A stretch of 64,000 nt of DNA, from positions 7,378,001-7,442,000 of the forward strand of contig CM069173.1 in NCBI GenBank assembly GCA_035221665.1. Direction: 5' to 3'. Both the position numbers and the translations under genes were made by a program. This document shows positions 40,101 through 51,664 of the stretch, piece by piece; the stretch's first letter is position 1; every line of letters starts with the position of its first letter. This stretch comes from Okamejei kenojei. Taxonomy: Eukaryota. The notes beneath the pieces are model-generated. The model did no database searches. It was not told where the DNA came from and was given only the letters and a program-made list of their open reading frames with translations.

Positions 40101-43100
40101 GCCTCGCCTTTTTAAATGTGTGTGTTCACAAAATGAATTTTGGTTGTTATTTGGCTGCTTGTTGCCCAATTGTTTGCCTCGCTTTTTTTTTAATGTTGTG
40201 TTCACAACATGAATTTTGGTTAACAGGTGCTGCTGGCTGCCCGATTGTTTCCCTTGCCTTTTTGAAGAGTTTGTGTTCACAAAATGAATTTTGGTTGTCA
40301 GTTGGCTGCGGCCCAATTGCTTGCCTCGCCTTTTTCAAGAGTTTGTGTTTACAAAATGGATTTTGGTTGTCCGGTGGCTGTGGCCCAATTGTTTGCCTCG
40401 CCTTTTTAAACAGTTTGTGTTCACAAAATAGATTTTGGTTGTCAGGTGGCTGCGGCCCAATTGTTTGCCTCGCCTTTTGAAAGAGTTGTGTGCACAAAAT
40501 GGATCTTGGTTGTCTGGTGGCTGCGACCCAATTGTTTGCCCGCCTTTTTAAAGATTTTGTGTTCACAAAATGGATTATGGTTGTCAGTTGGCTGCGGCCC
40601 AATTGTTTGCCTCGCCTTTTTCAAGTGTTTGTGTTCACAACATGGATTTTGGTTGGCAGGTGGCTGCGGCCCAATTGTTTGCCTCGCCTTTTCCAAGTGT
40701 TTGTGTTCACAACATGGATTTTGGTTGGCAGGTGGCTGCTTGCGGCCCAATTGTTTGCCTCGCCTTTTTAAAAAGTTTGTGTTCACAAAATGAATTTTGG
40801 TTGTCATTTGGCTGCTTGCTGCCCAATTGCTTGCCTCGCCTTTTTAAAAAAAATGTTGTGTTCACAAAATGAATTTTGATTGTCAGGTGGCTGCTTGCTG
40901 CCCAATTGTTTGCCTCGCCTTTTTAAAAAGTTTGTCTCCACAAAATGAATTTTGGTTGTCAAGAGGCTGCTGCCAAATTGTTTGCCTCGCCTTTTTAAGT
41001 TTGTGTTCACAAAATGGATGTTGGTTGTCAGGCGGCTGCTTGCTGCCCAATTGTTTGCCTTGCCTTTTTTTTAAAGTTTGTGTTCACAAAATGGATTTTG
41101 GTTGTCAGGTGGCTGCTGCCAAATTGTTTGCCTCGCCTTTTTAAGTTTGTGTTCACAAAATGGATTTTGGTTGTCAGGCGGCTGCTTGCTGCCCAATTGT
41201 TTGCCTCGCCTTTTTCAAGAGTTAGTGTTCACAAAATGGATTTTGGTTGTCAGGCGGCTGCTTGCTGCCCAATTGTTTGCCTCGCCTTTTTCAAGAGTTT
41301 GTGTTCACAAAATGAATTTTGGTTGTCAGGCGACTGCTTGCTGCCCAATTGTTTGCCTCGCCTTTTTAAACAGTTTGTGTTCACAAAATGAATTTTCGGT
41401 GTCAGGTGGCTGCGGCCCAATTGTTTACCTCGCCATTTTTTTTAAAGTTTGTGTTCACAAAATGGATTTTGGTTGTCAGGTGGCTGCTGCCAAATTGTTT
41501 GCCTCGCCTTTTTAAGTTTGTGTTCACAAAATGGATTTTGGTTGTCAGGCAGCTACTTGCTGCCCAATTGTTTGCCTCGCCTTTTTCAAGAGTTTGTGTT
41601 CACAAAATGGATTTGGTCTTTCAGGCGGCTGCTTGCTGCCCAATTGTTTGCCTCGCCTTTTTCAAGAGTTTGTGTTCACAAAATGAATTTAGGTTGTCAG
41701 CTGGCTGCAGCCCAATTGTTTGCCTTGCCTTTTTAAAAAGTTTGTCTCCACAAAATGAATTTTGGTTGTCAAGAGGCTGCTGCCAAATTGTTTGCCTCGC
41801 CTTTTTAAGTTTGTGTTTACAAAATGGATGTTGGTTGTCAGGCGGCTGCTTGCTGCCCAATTGTTTGCCTCGCCTTTTTCAAGAGTTTGTGTTCACAAAA
41901 TGGATTTTGGTTGTCAGGCAGCTGCTTGCTGCCCAATTGTTTGCCTCGCCTTTTTAAAAAGTGTGTGTTCACAAAATGAATGTTGGTTGTTATTTGGCTG
42001 CTTGCTGCCCAATTGTTTGCCTCACTTTTTTTTAAATGTTGTGTTCACAAAATGAATTTGGTTATCAGGTGGCTGCCTGCTGCCCAATTGTTTCCATCAC
42101 CTTTTTGAAGAGTTTGTGTTCGCAAAATGGATTTTGGTTGTCAATTGGCTGCGGCCCAATTGTTTGCCTTGCCTTTTTTTAAAAGTTTGTGTTCACAAAA
42201 TGGAGTTTGGTTGTCAGGTGGCTGCTGCCAAATTGTTTGCCTCGCCTTTTTAAGTTTGTGTTCACATAATGGATTTTGGTTGTCAGGCGGCTGCTTGCTG
42301 CCCAATTGTTTGCCTCGCCTTTTTCAAGAGTTAGTGTTCACAAAATGGATTTTGGTTGTCAAGCGGCTGCTTGCTGCCCAATTGTTTGCCTCGCCTTTTT
42401 CAAGAGTTTGTGTTCACAAAATGAATTTTGGTTGTCAGGCGACTGCTTGCTGCCCAATTGTTTGCCTCGCCTTTTTAAACAGTTTGTGTTCACATAATGG
42501 ATTTTCGGTGTCAGGTGGCTGCGGCCCAATTGTTTACCTCGCCTTTTTTTTTAAAGTTTGTGTTCACAAAATGGATTTTGGTTGTCAGGTGGCTGCTGCC
42601 AAATTGTTTGCCTCGCCTTTTTAAGTTTGTGTTCACAAAATGGATTTTGGTTGTCAGGCGGCTGCTTGCTGCCCAATTGTTTGCCTCGCCTTTTTAAAGA
42701 GTTTGTGTTCACAAAATGGATTTTGGTTGTCAGGCGGCTGCTTGCTGCCCAATTGTTTGCCTCGCCTTTTTCAAGAGTTTGTGTTCACAAAATGAATTTA
42801 GGTTGTCAGCTGGCTGCAGCCCAATTGTTTGCCTTGCCTTTTTAAAAAGTTTGTCTCCACAAAATGAATTTTGGTTGTCAAGAGGCTGCTGCCAAATTGT
42901 TTGCCTCGCCTTTTTAAGTTTGTGTTTACAAAATGGATGTTGGTTGTCAGGCGGCTGCTTGCTGCCCAATTGTTTGCCTTGCCTTTTTAAAAAGTGTGTG
43001 TTCACAAAATGAATGTTGGTTGTTATTTGGCTGCTTGCTGCCCAATTGTTTGCCTCACTTTTTTTTAAATGTTGTGTTCACAAAATGAATTTGGTTATCA

Positions 43101-43838
43101 GGTGGCTGCCTGCTGCCCAATTGTTTCCATCACCTTTTTGAAGAGTTTGTGTTCGCAAAATGGATTTTGGTTGTCAATTGGCTGCGGCCCAATTGTTTGC
43201 CTTGCCTTTTTTTAAAAGTTTGTGTTCACAAAATGGAGTTTGGTTGTCAGGTGGCTGCTGCCAAATTGTTTGCCTCGCCTTTTTAAGTTTGTGTTCACAT
43301 AATGGATTTTGGTTGTCAGGCGGCTGCTTGCTGCCCAATTGTTTGCCTCGCCTTTTTCAAGAGTTAGTGTTCACAAAATGGATTTTGGTTGTCAAGCGGC
43401 TGCTTGCTGCCCAATTGTTTGCCTCGCCTTTTTCAAGAGTTTGTGTTCACAAAATGAATTTTGGTTGTCAGGCGACTGCTTGCTGCCCAATTGTTTGCCT
43501 CGCCTTTTTAAACAGTTTGTGTTCACATAATGGATTTTCGGTGTCAGGTGGCTGCGGCCCAATTGTTTACCTCGCCTTTTTTTTTAAAGTTTGTGTTCAC
43601 AAAATGGATTTTGGTTGTCAGGTGGCTGCTGCCAAATTGTTTGCCTCGCCTTTTTAAGTTTGTGTTCACAAAATGGATTTTGGTTGTCAGGCAGGTGCTT
43701 GCTGCCCAATTGTTTGCCTAGCCTTTTTCAAGAGTTTGTGTTCACAAAATGAATTTAGGTTGTCAGCTGGCTGCAGCCCAATTGTTTGCCTCGCCTTTTT
43801 AAAATGTTTGTGTTCACAAAACGGATTTTGGTTGTCTT
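37135..43838 (+). repeat. Tandem satellite, ~70-76-bp monomer (~90 copies), with higher-order duplications
   Basis: Consensus gttcacaaaatggattttggttgtcaggtggctgcttgctgcccaattgtttgcctcgcctttttaaaagtttgt (period 75, 37381 to 37456). Identical translated ORFs recur at offsets of 1324 and 1033 bp. Confidence 0.97.
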
Positions 43839-46523
43839 TCGGCTCTTTATCTCGTCCACTTCAGTCATATGCTAGTGTGATATCGAGTGTAGGCTCATCT
43901 TCCAGATCTAAAGACCACCATTGGGGTGTTACTGACATAATATTGTCCTTTAGGAGCCTATGGGGTTATGGCTATACCGTTATCTCCACACTCAATTTTC
44001 AGCTGGATTGCACACAGCAAATCCCGAGCTAGCAGGTGACAATCTAGTGGCAATGACAAATTAATGCTGCACTGTCGTGCCCTGCTATGTTTCTTCAACT
44101 GGCATAGAGATGGGGTATTGGCATACCTGCCCTTGGAATCCGGATAGTCTCTGAGGTTTATCAGACTTGGGAAAATTAAAAATCAACTGAATTGATGACC
44201 TTGGTGCCCCTGTATCCACTAAAAAGATGAGACTTGCAATGATAAAACAGGTTCCTCATCAGTGTTACACCCGTTCACCATTAAATTGGGCAGTCAGTGG
44301 GAAACGGATTATTCCAGAAAAAGGTCGTCTGCCTTGCTTGTCCTCGATTTCCTTGCCAAATTCCCCTTTGCTCTTGTCAGTAGCCCCCTCCTTCCTGTCT
44401 TTTCGTCGGACAATGCCTACTCCAGTGACCCAGTCCACCAGAGGTCCATTTCCGCTGCTCTGGTCGCTCTAAAATATGGCCTTGGGAGTGCACAGGGTTG
44501 GCTGTAACTAGTGGCATATAGTCCATCAAGAGGATTTCTGTGTTCGCGATTTGGTCTCTCCGCCCAATCTGGAACATAACATTGAGGTTCTACTGCATGA
44601 CAGCTAGTATCTGGAACAGCTTTCGGAATTTCTCTTTTTACGACATATTCAGTCTTTACTTTAGCCGGGGGTTGCATTTCTGATTTCTTGCTATCTTTCC
44701 AATGAAACCAAACTGCACGGGCCATTTGGCTCAGACTATTCTCTGACCAGTCCATATTGTTGTTTTTTATTGCTTCATCAACAACCGTGCCCAGGCAGTT
44801 AGTCAAGATAGCGCAATACTGGGGTGAATTCGCACCGTTCTGAAAATTCACTTCTCCCGATTGATCCATATACATCTCCGAAAATATTTCTAAAAATTAT
44901 TTTGCCCCCTCTCCTCTCCGCGGTCTAGTATCCAAAATCCTAGAAAGATCTATGGTCTTCTGCAGAGTGGTAGTAAGGGCAGCTAGTATTGCCACCTCTC
45001 GTGCCCCAAGCAAGCAGAGTAGCCAATGCATCACGAGTTGGAGATCCCAGAGTAACGAAGAATATTGCATGTTCTACCGGGGTCAAAACTTGCTGCACTA
45101 GAGCCGACAAATCCCTTGAATCTGCATGGTACACTCCTCTGGTAGTTTGGAGACAATCTATGAACGAAGCCGGGGACTTTTTCCTATCAGGCATACGACT
45201 CAGTATGGCCATCATTTCATTTGGTTACCACGGAAAATATACACCTATCATTTGGTTATTACCGGCGCCAATTGCATTTGAAAGCGGGTTTAGGCATTTC
45301 TCTAACCGGGAATTGGTGGTGAGCGGATCATCGCTCAACTATCTTGTCTGTCTCTGCCTCTGGCTTAGTGTCATTGACCCCGGGATCTGAATCACTTTCA
45401 GAATCTTCGTATTCATTTCTAGGGGGCAGGCGATAATTCTCCAAGGACTGGCTCTGTGCTTTTGGCTTACGTTTTATTCTTCTTGGTTTAGGGGGTGGAT
45501 TCGGAACTACTGGTGGGTTGGGTATATTTCCCTTAGTTTTACTTCTAGTATTGAATGCAACCGGGGTGTCGGCTAACTCCGGGGCTGTCGGGGACAAAGA
45601 TTTCGGAGCTGAATCTGATTGAGGGGGTGCTTCTGGGACACTTCTGAATATGGTGCGGGCCGTAACCTAGCCCTCATATGAACTATCCCAGTCTTCAAAA
45701 TAATCATCTTCTCCCTCTTACCAGCCAAAGCCAACCATTGGATCTCGCGATCCTTCTTTCCCTTTCTCATTTAACCCATCTGGGATCCGCTTAGACTCCC
45801 ATTTTTTATCTATATTACTAAACTAAGATCTTGACTGTTTTCGACTTACAGTTTCATGATTTCCGAGAAAACGCCTGTCAGGAAGAGGCTGTTCCTCAAT
45901 GTGGATGTTACAGTTTTCAGTTTACAAAAGTCGGACGTGACACCAGAAGTCGGGTATAAGTCAGTCAGTCCACAAGCCATGATTCTGTCTGTCAGTCCAG
46001 AGGCCATGAGCGAGTCAGTCAGTCAGTCCAGAGACCATGAGTTAGTCCCAAGACAGTCAGTCCAGAGGGCATGAGTGGGTTGCCCACCCCCCCCCCCCCC
46101 ACTGGCATCCCCACCTCAAGACGCTGCCCCCTGCCTGGCTATAGGATGCACCCCCTCCTGACGCCGCCCCCATTCCCGCTGAAGGACACCCCTTCTCTCA
46201 TCAGCCCACGAGAGCCCCCGCCTGAAGCCGTCCCCCTCCTTCGCTGCAGGACGTTTGCCACCCCCAGGGTGGAAGATTGCAACCTTCACATGGTCTGCCC
46301 TGTTTCGACTGATGAAATCAACTCGACGTGCACAAACAGAAGATCAAATAGAACAGGTTGTCCTACAACTTTAGGCTGTGCACGCCACATGAAAGAAGAA
46401 GGAGCCACGCCCACCCCACCCCGACAGCCCCCGCCTCAAAATAATGTTTGCACAAATTCTTCAGGGAGTCCAGAGAATTGAGAATTACAACAAATTACAA
46501 CCACTCAATCTCTCTAAATTAAA

Positions 46524-46617
46524 GTCTGAAGAAGGGTCTCGACCCGAAACGTCGCCTATCTCCTTCGCTCCTTAGATGTTGCTGCACCCGCTGAGTTTCT
46601 CCAGCTTTTTGTGTACC
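46524..46617 (+). mobile_element. 94-bp Penelope-terminus-like insert with a hammerhead-like core and 14-bp TSD
   Basis: CTGAAGA-A-GGGT(CTCG)ACCC-GAAA-CGTC at 46526-46553, flanked by CTCTCTAAATTAAA at 46510-46523 and 46618-46631. Confidence 0.7.
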
Positions 46618-46969
46618 CTCTCTAAATTAAAATTGTCTCTTATTTTATCAACAGCAAATAGCCATCAAGAGGCAGTGAGCAGCAGAACACATCAAGAGAC
46701 ACAACAAGAAATAACTTTATAATTCTCATCTTTAACGTTTAATTTGTTCTCACATTTTAAGAGTCATTCACAATTTAAACTTTAATAAATCCTTTTTCCA
46801 CGTCTCATGCCTGCGTGTTCTTCATCACAATGGGAAACTAATAGGCAGGAATGGCTGCTCTGTGGGAGAGCCGCTAAGAATGCATGGGGGGAGGTTGTGG
46901 GGAGTTGGACTGAATGCGTGGGGGGGAGGGGAATGGCAAGGAACAGAGTGGGGGATGAAGGGAAGAGCG

Positions 46970-47515
46970 GTGACTGAATGAACTGCCACCACACCAGCCG
47001 TGAGTGACTGCACTGTCAGCCTGCCAGCCCACCAGCCCTGAGTAAGTGAACTGCTAGCCCACCAGCTGGAAGTGACTGAACTGCCAGCCCAGCAGCCGTG
47101 AGTAAGTGAACTGCCAGTTCACCAGTTGTGACTGAACTGCCAGCCCAGCAGCCGTGGGTGACTGCTCTGCCAGCCCACAAGCCATGAGTGATTGCACTGC
47201 CAGCCCACCAGCTGTGAGGAAGTCAACTGCCAGCCCACCAGCTGTAAGTGACTGAACTGCCAGCCCACCAGCTGTGAGTGACTGCACTGCCAGCATGCCA
47301 GCCCACCAGCCCTAAGTAAGTGAACTGCCAGCCATCCAGCCATGACTCACTGAACTGCCAGCCCAATAATCCATTCAGTCCACCCTCTCCCCCTTCTCTC
47401 TCACAGAGTCTGTCACCTGTTTTGGGCACAATTTCTGGCAATTTCTCAGCTGCCAGCCTGCCAGGTCTGAGTGACTGTACTGCCAGGCCTCAGTAACTGA
47501 GCTGCCAGCCCAAGA
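46970..47515 (+). repeat. ~30-35-bp minisatellite inside the Helitron
   Basis: Repeated gtgactgaactgccagcccaccagc(c/t)gtga. Confidence 0.85.
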
Positions 47516-48092
47516 ATCCATTCAGCCCACAATGTCCATATTAGCCCTCTCGAAACCAGACCCTTCGGCCCACAACACCCATGCTAGCGTAACAGAAAGC
47601 CCCCCCATCCACTGGCCAGCAATATTGGAATTGGTGGAGAGGTGTAATATTGCATTGAGTGACCAGCCCTCCCGTGTGATGCTGGGATCTAACGGGTCCC
47701 ACTTGGTCTAGTATTCCCTATAAGCACCGGTGCAATCTCGTTTTAATTTATTAATAGAATTAATCACTCCTGCTGGGTCTGTGAGATGTATTCCTAATTT
47801 CAAGACTGTTTCTTGCCAATTAGCCAGCATCTTGGCCTCTTTTTCATCTCTTAATTCTTGATCATACTGTCTCCATAGCCCAATAAGCTCTTTAGTGGCA
47901 ACATTTGTATCGTAAGTCCATATTATTTTCTCGATATGCTTCACGCCCGCTAGGGTTCCAACTCCTCCCTCGGGCCACAATTCACGCCCTAACTTTTTAT
48001 TCAACGCTTCAGACAAACGCTTCAATTGTTCTGCCTCATCGGGATACCTAGCACACACTTTTTGCAATGGACTTTTACGATCTGCAGTGGTG

Positions 48093-48126
<34 letters not shown>

Positions 48127-49054
48127 GACTCTTACCACACACTCAGGGCCCAATGCAACAATTCACACACAGTTCACGAAACGTTTTAAATCCGATCAAA
48201 ACAGCAGCTTCCTTCTTCAAGGAGACAGCAATCAAAATATAACAGCGCTGGATACATCGCGGGACGGGCGATGCCTTACCAGGGATCGCCGTTGCATCTC
48301 CGGAGTGCTGGGCCTGCTGCACTGCATCGCGGAGTCCTGCAGCTCCACCCGGCTCGGCCTGTGGACTTCAGGAGCCGCGGACTCCGGTGGCAGGTGGCTG
48401 ATCTGGAGGTCCGGGCCTCTGAGGATGTTCTCTGTCGGGGTTCGGCATAGGGGTTCCATCGTTCCCGGCGAGAGGGCCTGAGCATCGGGCCGCCCATGCC
48501 GGCGACTGCGGGAACTTGGGAGGCCCCGACCACGGGTGAACATCTGGGAAGATCGGCAGGGAGGCTGGCTGGACCTTCCTTAACTCTGGTGCCGCTGTGG
48601 GGTTATGTTATGTGTGGACTTCAGTGTTTGTGCTTTTTATTTCTAATTATTTATTTATTCCCCCAACCCCCTTTTAAAAATATGTTTATTTATTAATTAT
48701 TTATGTTTATGTTACTGACTGTAAGAACAATCCATGTCGTTGTCTCTAAAATGAGATAATGACAATAAATTGAATACAATACAATATATATGAACATTCA
48801 CCAATCACGCCATACAAGATTGTATTACACAATCTTAATATAATATACACAATATACACGCTTAAGCAAAAACAGACAACTATAATACAGAGGTAATTAC
48901 ACAGTATTAAGCAAAAGCATTCAAAATGATTACTTTCAATTTAGCAAAACTTAGAATCAAAATTTAGATCATAATCCAAGAAAATTACAGACGCATCTTT
49001 ATATCAAGCTCAGTACTATTTTTTTACAGTCATAATGCCAATTAGTTGTACTGA

Positions 49055-50260
49055 TCAAGGTCAACAGTAGACATGGTCTTCTCCCTTCGGCAGCTCCAGG
49101 AGAAGTAAAGAGGACAGTGGATGCCCCTGTATGTTTTCATTGACTCGCCAATGCGTTCAACCTCGTCAGCAGGGATGGCCTATTTAAGGCTCTGCCAAAG
49201 ATCGGTTGTCCATCAAAACAGCAGAGCATGATAGAATCATTCCACATCAACACGTCGGGGACACTGCAGTTCAATTGCAGCTTCTCGGAGCCCTTCAATA
49301 TCCGCAGTGGTGTCAAACAAGGCTGTTTCCTCACTCCCACACTCTTTGGGATATTCTTCGCTCTAACAATAGTCAATAGACAACAGATGATAGGTGCAGG
49401 AATAGGCCATTTGGCCCTTCGAGCCAGCACCGCCATTCAATGTGATCATGGCTGATCCTGAAACATGCCTTCAGCACTGCAACAGAGGTGATCTACCTGT
49501 GTACTAGATCAGATGGAAGGCTCTTCAACCTCACCCACCTCAGAGCAAAGACAAAGGTATGTGAAGCTCTCATCAGAGACATGTTGTTTGCCGATGACAC
49601 TGCAGTTGTGTCCCACGCCCAGCAGGAACTACAGTCACGGATGGACCGCTTCTATCGGGCTTGCAAGGACTTCGGGCTGACCATCAGCCTGAAGAGGACA
49701 AACGTCCTGGGGCAGATACAGAGGCGCCGCCTGTCATCATCTTCGATGACTACAAACTCGATGCCGTCCATCAGTTCACGTACCTCGGCTGCTTCATCAC
49801 CCATCAGACTGCGGTGGCTGGGCCATGTCCACCACATGGAGGATGGCCGTATTCCAAAAGACATCTTCTATGGAGAGCTGACATCTGGGTGGAGAGCCAT
49901 CGGCCGCCCCCTGCTATATTACAAGGATGTCTGCAAGCGAGATATGAAGGCACTCGACATCGTTGTGGAGTCCTGGGAGAGACTTGCAGCTGACCACACG
50001 AGGTGGAGAGGTATCCTGAACCATCATCTCAAAACGGGGGAAGAGAAACTGTTGAAGGCAGTGGCAGGCAAGCGGGCGTGCAGAAAGGAGTGCAGAAACT
50101 TCAACAGACCAGAGACCACATGCAAATGTGACCTTTGCGACAGAGACTGTCACTCCCGCATTAGTCTCTTCAGCCACAAGCGACGCTGCTCGAACAGAGG
50201 TTTGGAGCAAGCAGCCAACAACTAGGATGCATCACCCATGGTCAGTCATGACCGAGAGGG
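49055..50260 (+). mobile_element. RTE-clade LINE fragment (RT, internal deletion, C2H2 tail) in the ERV leader
   Basis: SGVKQGCFLTPTLFGIFF, DMLFADD, RLRWLGHVHHMEDGRIPKDIFYGEL and CDLCDRDCHSRISLFSHKRRC. A reverse CR1 tail is inserted at ~49365-49457. Confidence 0.85.
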
Positions 50261-50452
50261 GCCTACGATCCCAGTACTACCAGGGACTCGAACCCTACAC
50301 CAGCTGGAGCTCCAGCCTAAAGGATTAACTCTAACCCCACTTCTCTGCAAGGTGCTGGTCTTCAGCACTTACTCCCTCTTAATGCTGGCTCCCAGCGCTG
50401 ATTTTTAAAGTGTCTATGCCAATCCCACCTCAGTGATGAGCATCAGTACTTA

Positions 50453-50620
50453 AGGGCCTGTCCGACTTGGGCGTCATTTGCGCGTCACGCAGGTGGCGTG
50501 CGAAGATTTTGTGAATCCACACCTCACCACGCACCATGCACACGTAATGCATGCGTCACGTGCACGTCACATCGTGACGTGTAAATGATGCGAAAATGAT
50601 GCCCAAGTGGGGCAGGCCCT
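50453..50620. mobile_element. PIF/Harbinger-like MITE
   Basis: TIRs AGGGCCTGTCCGACTTGGGCGTCATTT / AAATGATGCCCAAGTGGGGCAGGCCCT, flanked by tta / tga. Confidence 0.7.
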
Positions 50621-51040
50621 TGACTCCGTTTAGTACTGTACCATCCCAGAACTGTTTTTGAAAGTATCCTGCCAAGCAGTACGAGCGGGGACTCGAACCA
50701 CTCCACTGAATCTGACCACAAAACCAAGGGCCTCAAACCCTACGGGGTGGGGACTTTAACCCTACATGGACTTTAACCCTCACCCAAGGGACTCTAACCC
50801 TTCCTCAGTGGGGACTTTAACCCAACAGTGATTCAACTGCTACACTGGGACACAATTCAATCCAATTCAATTTTCTCCAGACTACTAACATTATTGATCT
50901 CGTCGGGACCCCATGTAAAGCCAGCGAATGACTGATTCATCATCGGATTAGTGGAGCGGGGAAAACCGATGCAGTAAAAACTACTCACACCGGGGCACCT
51001 ATTTCTCCTGGCCGGATACTCATGTTGGCAATCCTTTGAG

Positions 51041-51058
51041 ATCCCGGACAAGCCCCTA
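51041..51058 (-). promoter_or_regulatory. Retroviral primer-binding site, tRNA-Pro
   Basis: Minus strand reads TAGGGGCTTGTCCGGGAT, 16/18 identical to the MLV PBS-Pro TGGGGGCTCGTCCGGGAT, 2 nt after an LTR-ending CA. Confidence 0.85.
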
Positions 51059-51060
51059 AA

Positions 51061-51660
51061 TGAGAATGCCTGGACCTAATCTTACCCCTGGTCTGGTTCA
51101 GTAAAGAAACAGAGTAAATCACTGAATTCCAAAACTTCCTTTATTTGTACACACTGCACTCAGATCATTTCAAGCGAGGCCACAGTAGCCTCGTGCAAAC
51201 AAAACAGGAGGATGACAACCGACACATTTAAATGAATTACATACACTTTTATACCCCTAAACGAAGGCACTAAGTACAATGGGAGAGGCCACTTCTACAT
51301 GCCAATCACTTCTTATAGATAAGAAAACACATTAAGAAACACTTACTCTGTTAAATTACGAACTATTGTATACAAAAACCTTTTAGCACCCAGATACTAA
51401 GTGCAAACAGATAATCCTGTATCCAATCACAGGCTTAGGTTCAGCATCTCTTCAACAGAACCTATACTTAATGGCAGCAAGTGGGTCATTAGTGCAGAAT
51501 CTTCCTGGAGCTTCTGCAAAGAGCTAGACTTTGTGGCAACAGCCGGTCACATGGACCTCTTGCACCTGGTGTTCTTGTCACCTCATCCCGCTTGACCTTG
51601 CTCGCAGGCACTGTCAGCTATTTTCCAAAGCACCATCAGCCATTTCCCAAAGTGCCCATA
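51061..51660 (-). repeat. ERV 5' LTR (upstream boundary approximate)
   Basis: Ends in CA next to the PBS. Minus-strand TATAAAA (~51247-51253) and AATAAA (~51140-51145) occur in U3-R-U5 order. Confidence 0.65.
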
Positions 51661-51664
51661 TTAA

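Larger units (their letters stand above)
45809..47711 (+). mobile_element. Non-autonomous Helitron inserted in ERV gag
   Basis: 5' TC, 3' hairpin TGGGATCT-AAC-GGGTCCCA (47683-47701) then CTAG (47708-47711), inserted between A and T without a TSD. Removing it restores the gag codons ..R-E-Y-K-K-W.. Confidence 0.85.
43840..51660 (-). mobile_element. Endogenous retrovirus (gamma/epsilon-like), 5'LTR-PBS-leader-gag-pro, truncated after the protease
   Basis: PBS-Pro at 51041-51058. Gag pieces: WPEGG (47708-48142), capsid-like segments (44417-45215) and degenerate knuckle KWTSGGLGHWSRHCP. Protease FLVDTGAPRSSI (~44190-44226) and LLARDLL (~44015-44035). Confidence 0.85.

Noticed and set aside
37135-43838. 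Possible CRISPR-like array
   Set aside because: Monomers are contiguous with no unique spacers, there are no cas genes, and the context is eukaryotic.
37114-44032. Dozens of Cys-rich overlapping ORFs
   Set aside because: Translations of the satellite in several frames, with no coherent gene structure.
48096-48124. (CA)n run giving a CVCVCV peptide at the gag start
   Set aside because: Simple microsatellite; the true gag start is uncertain.
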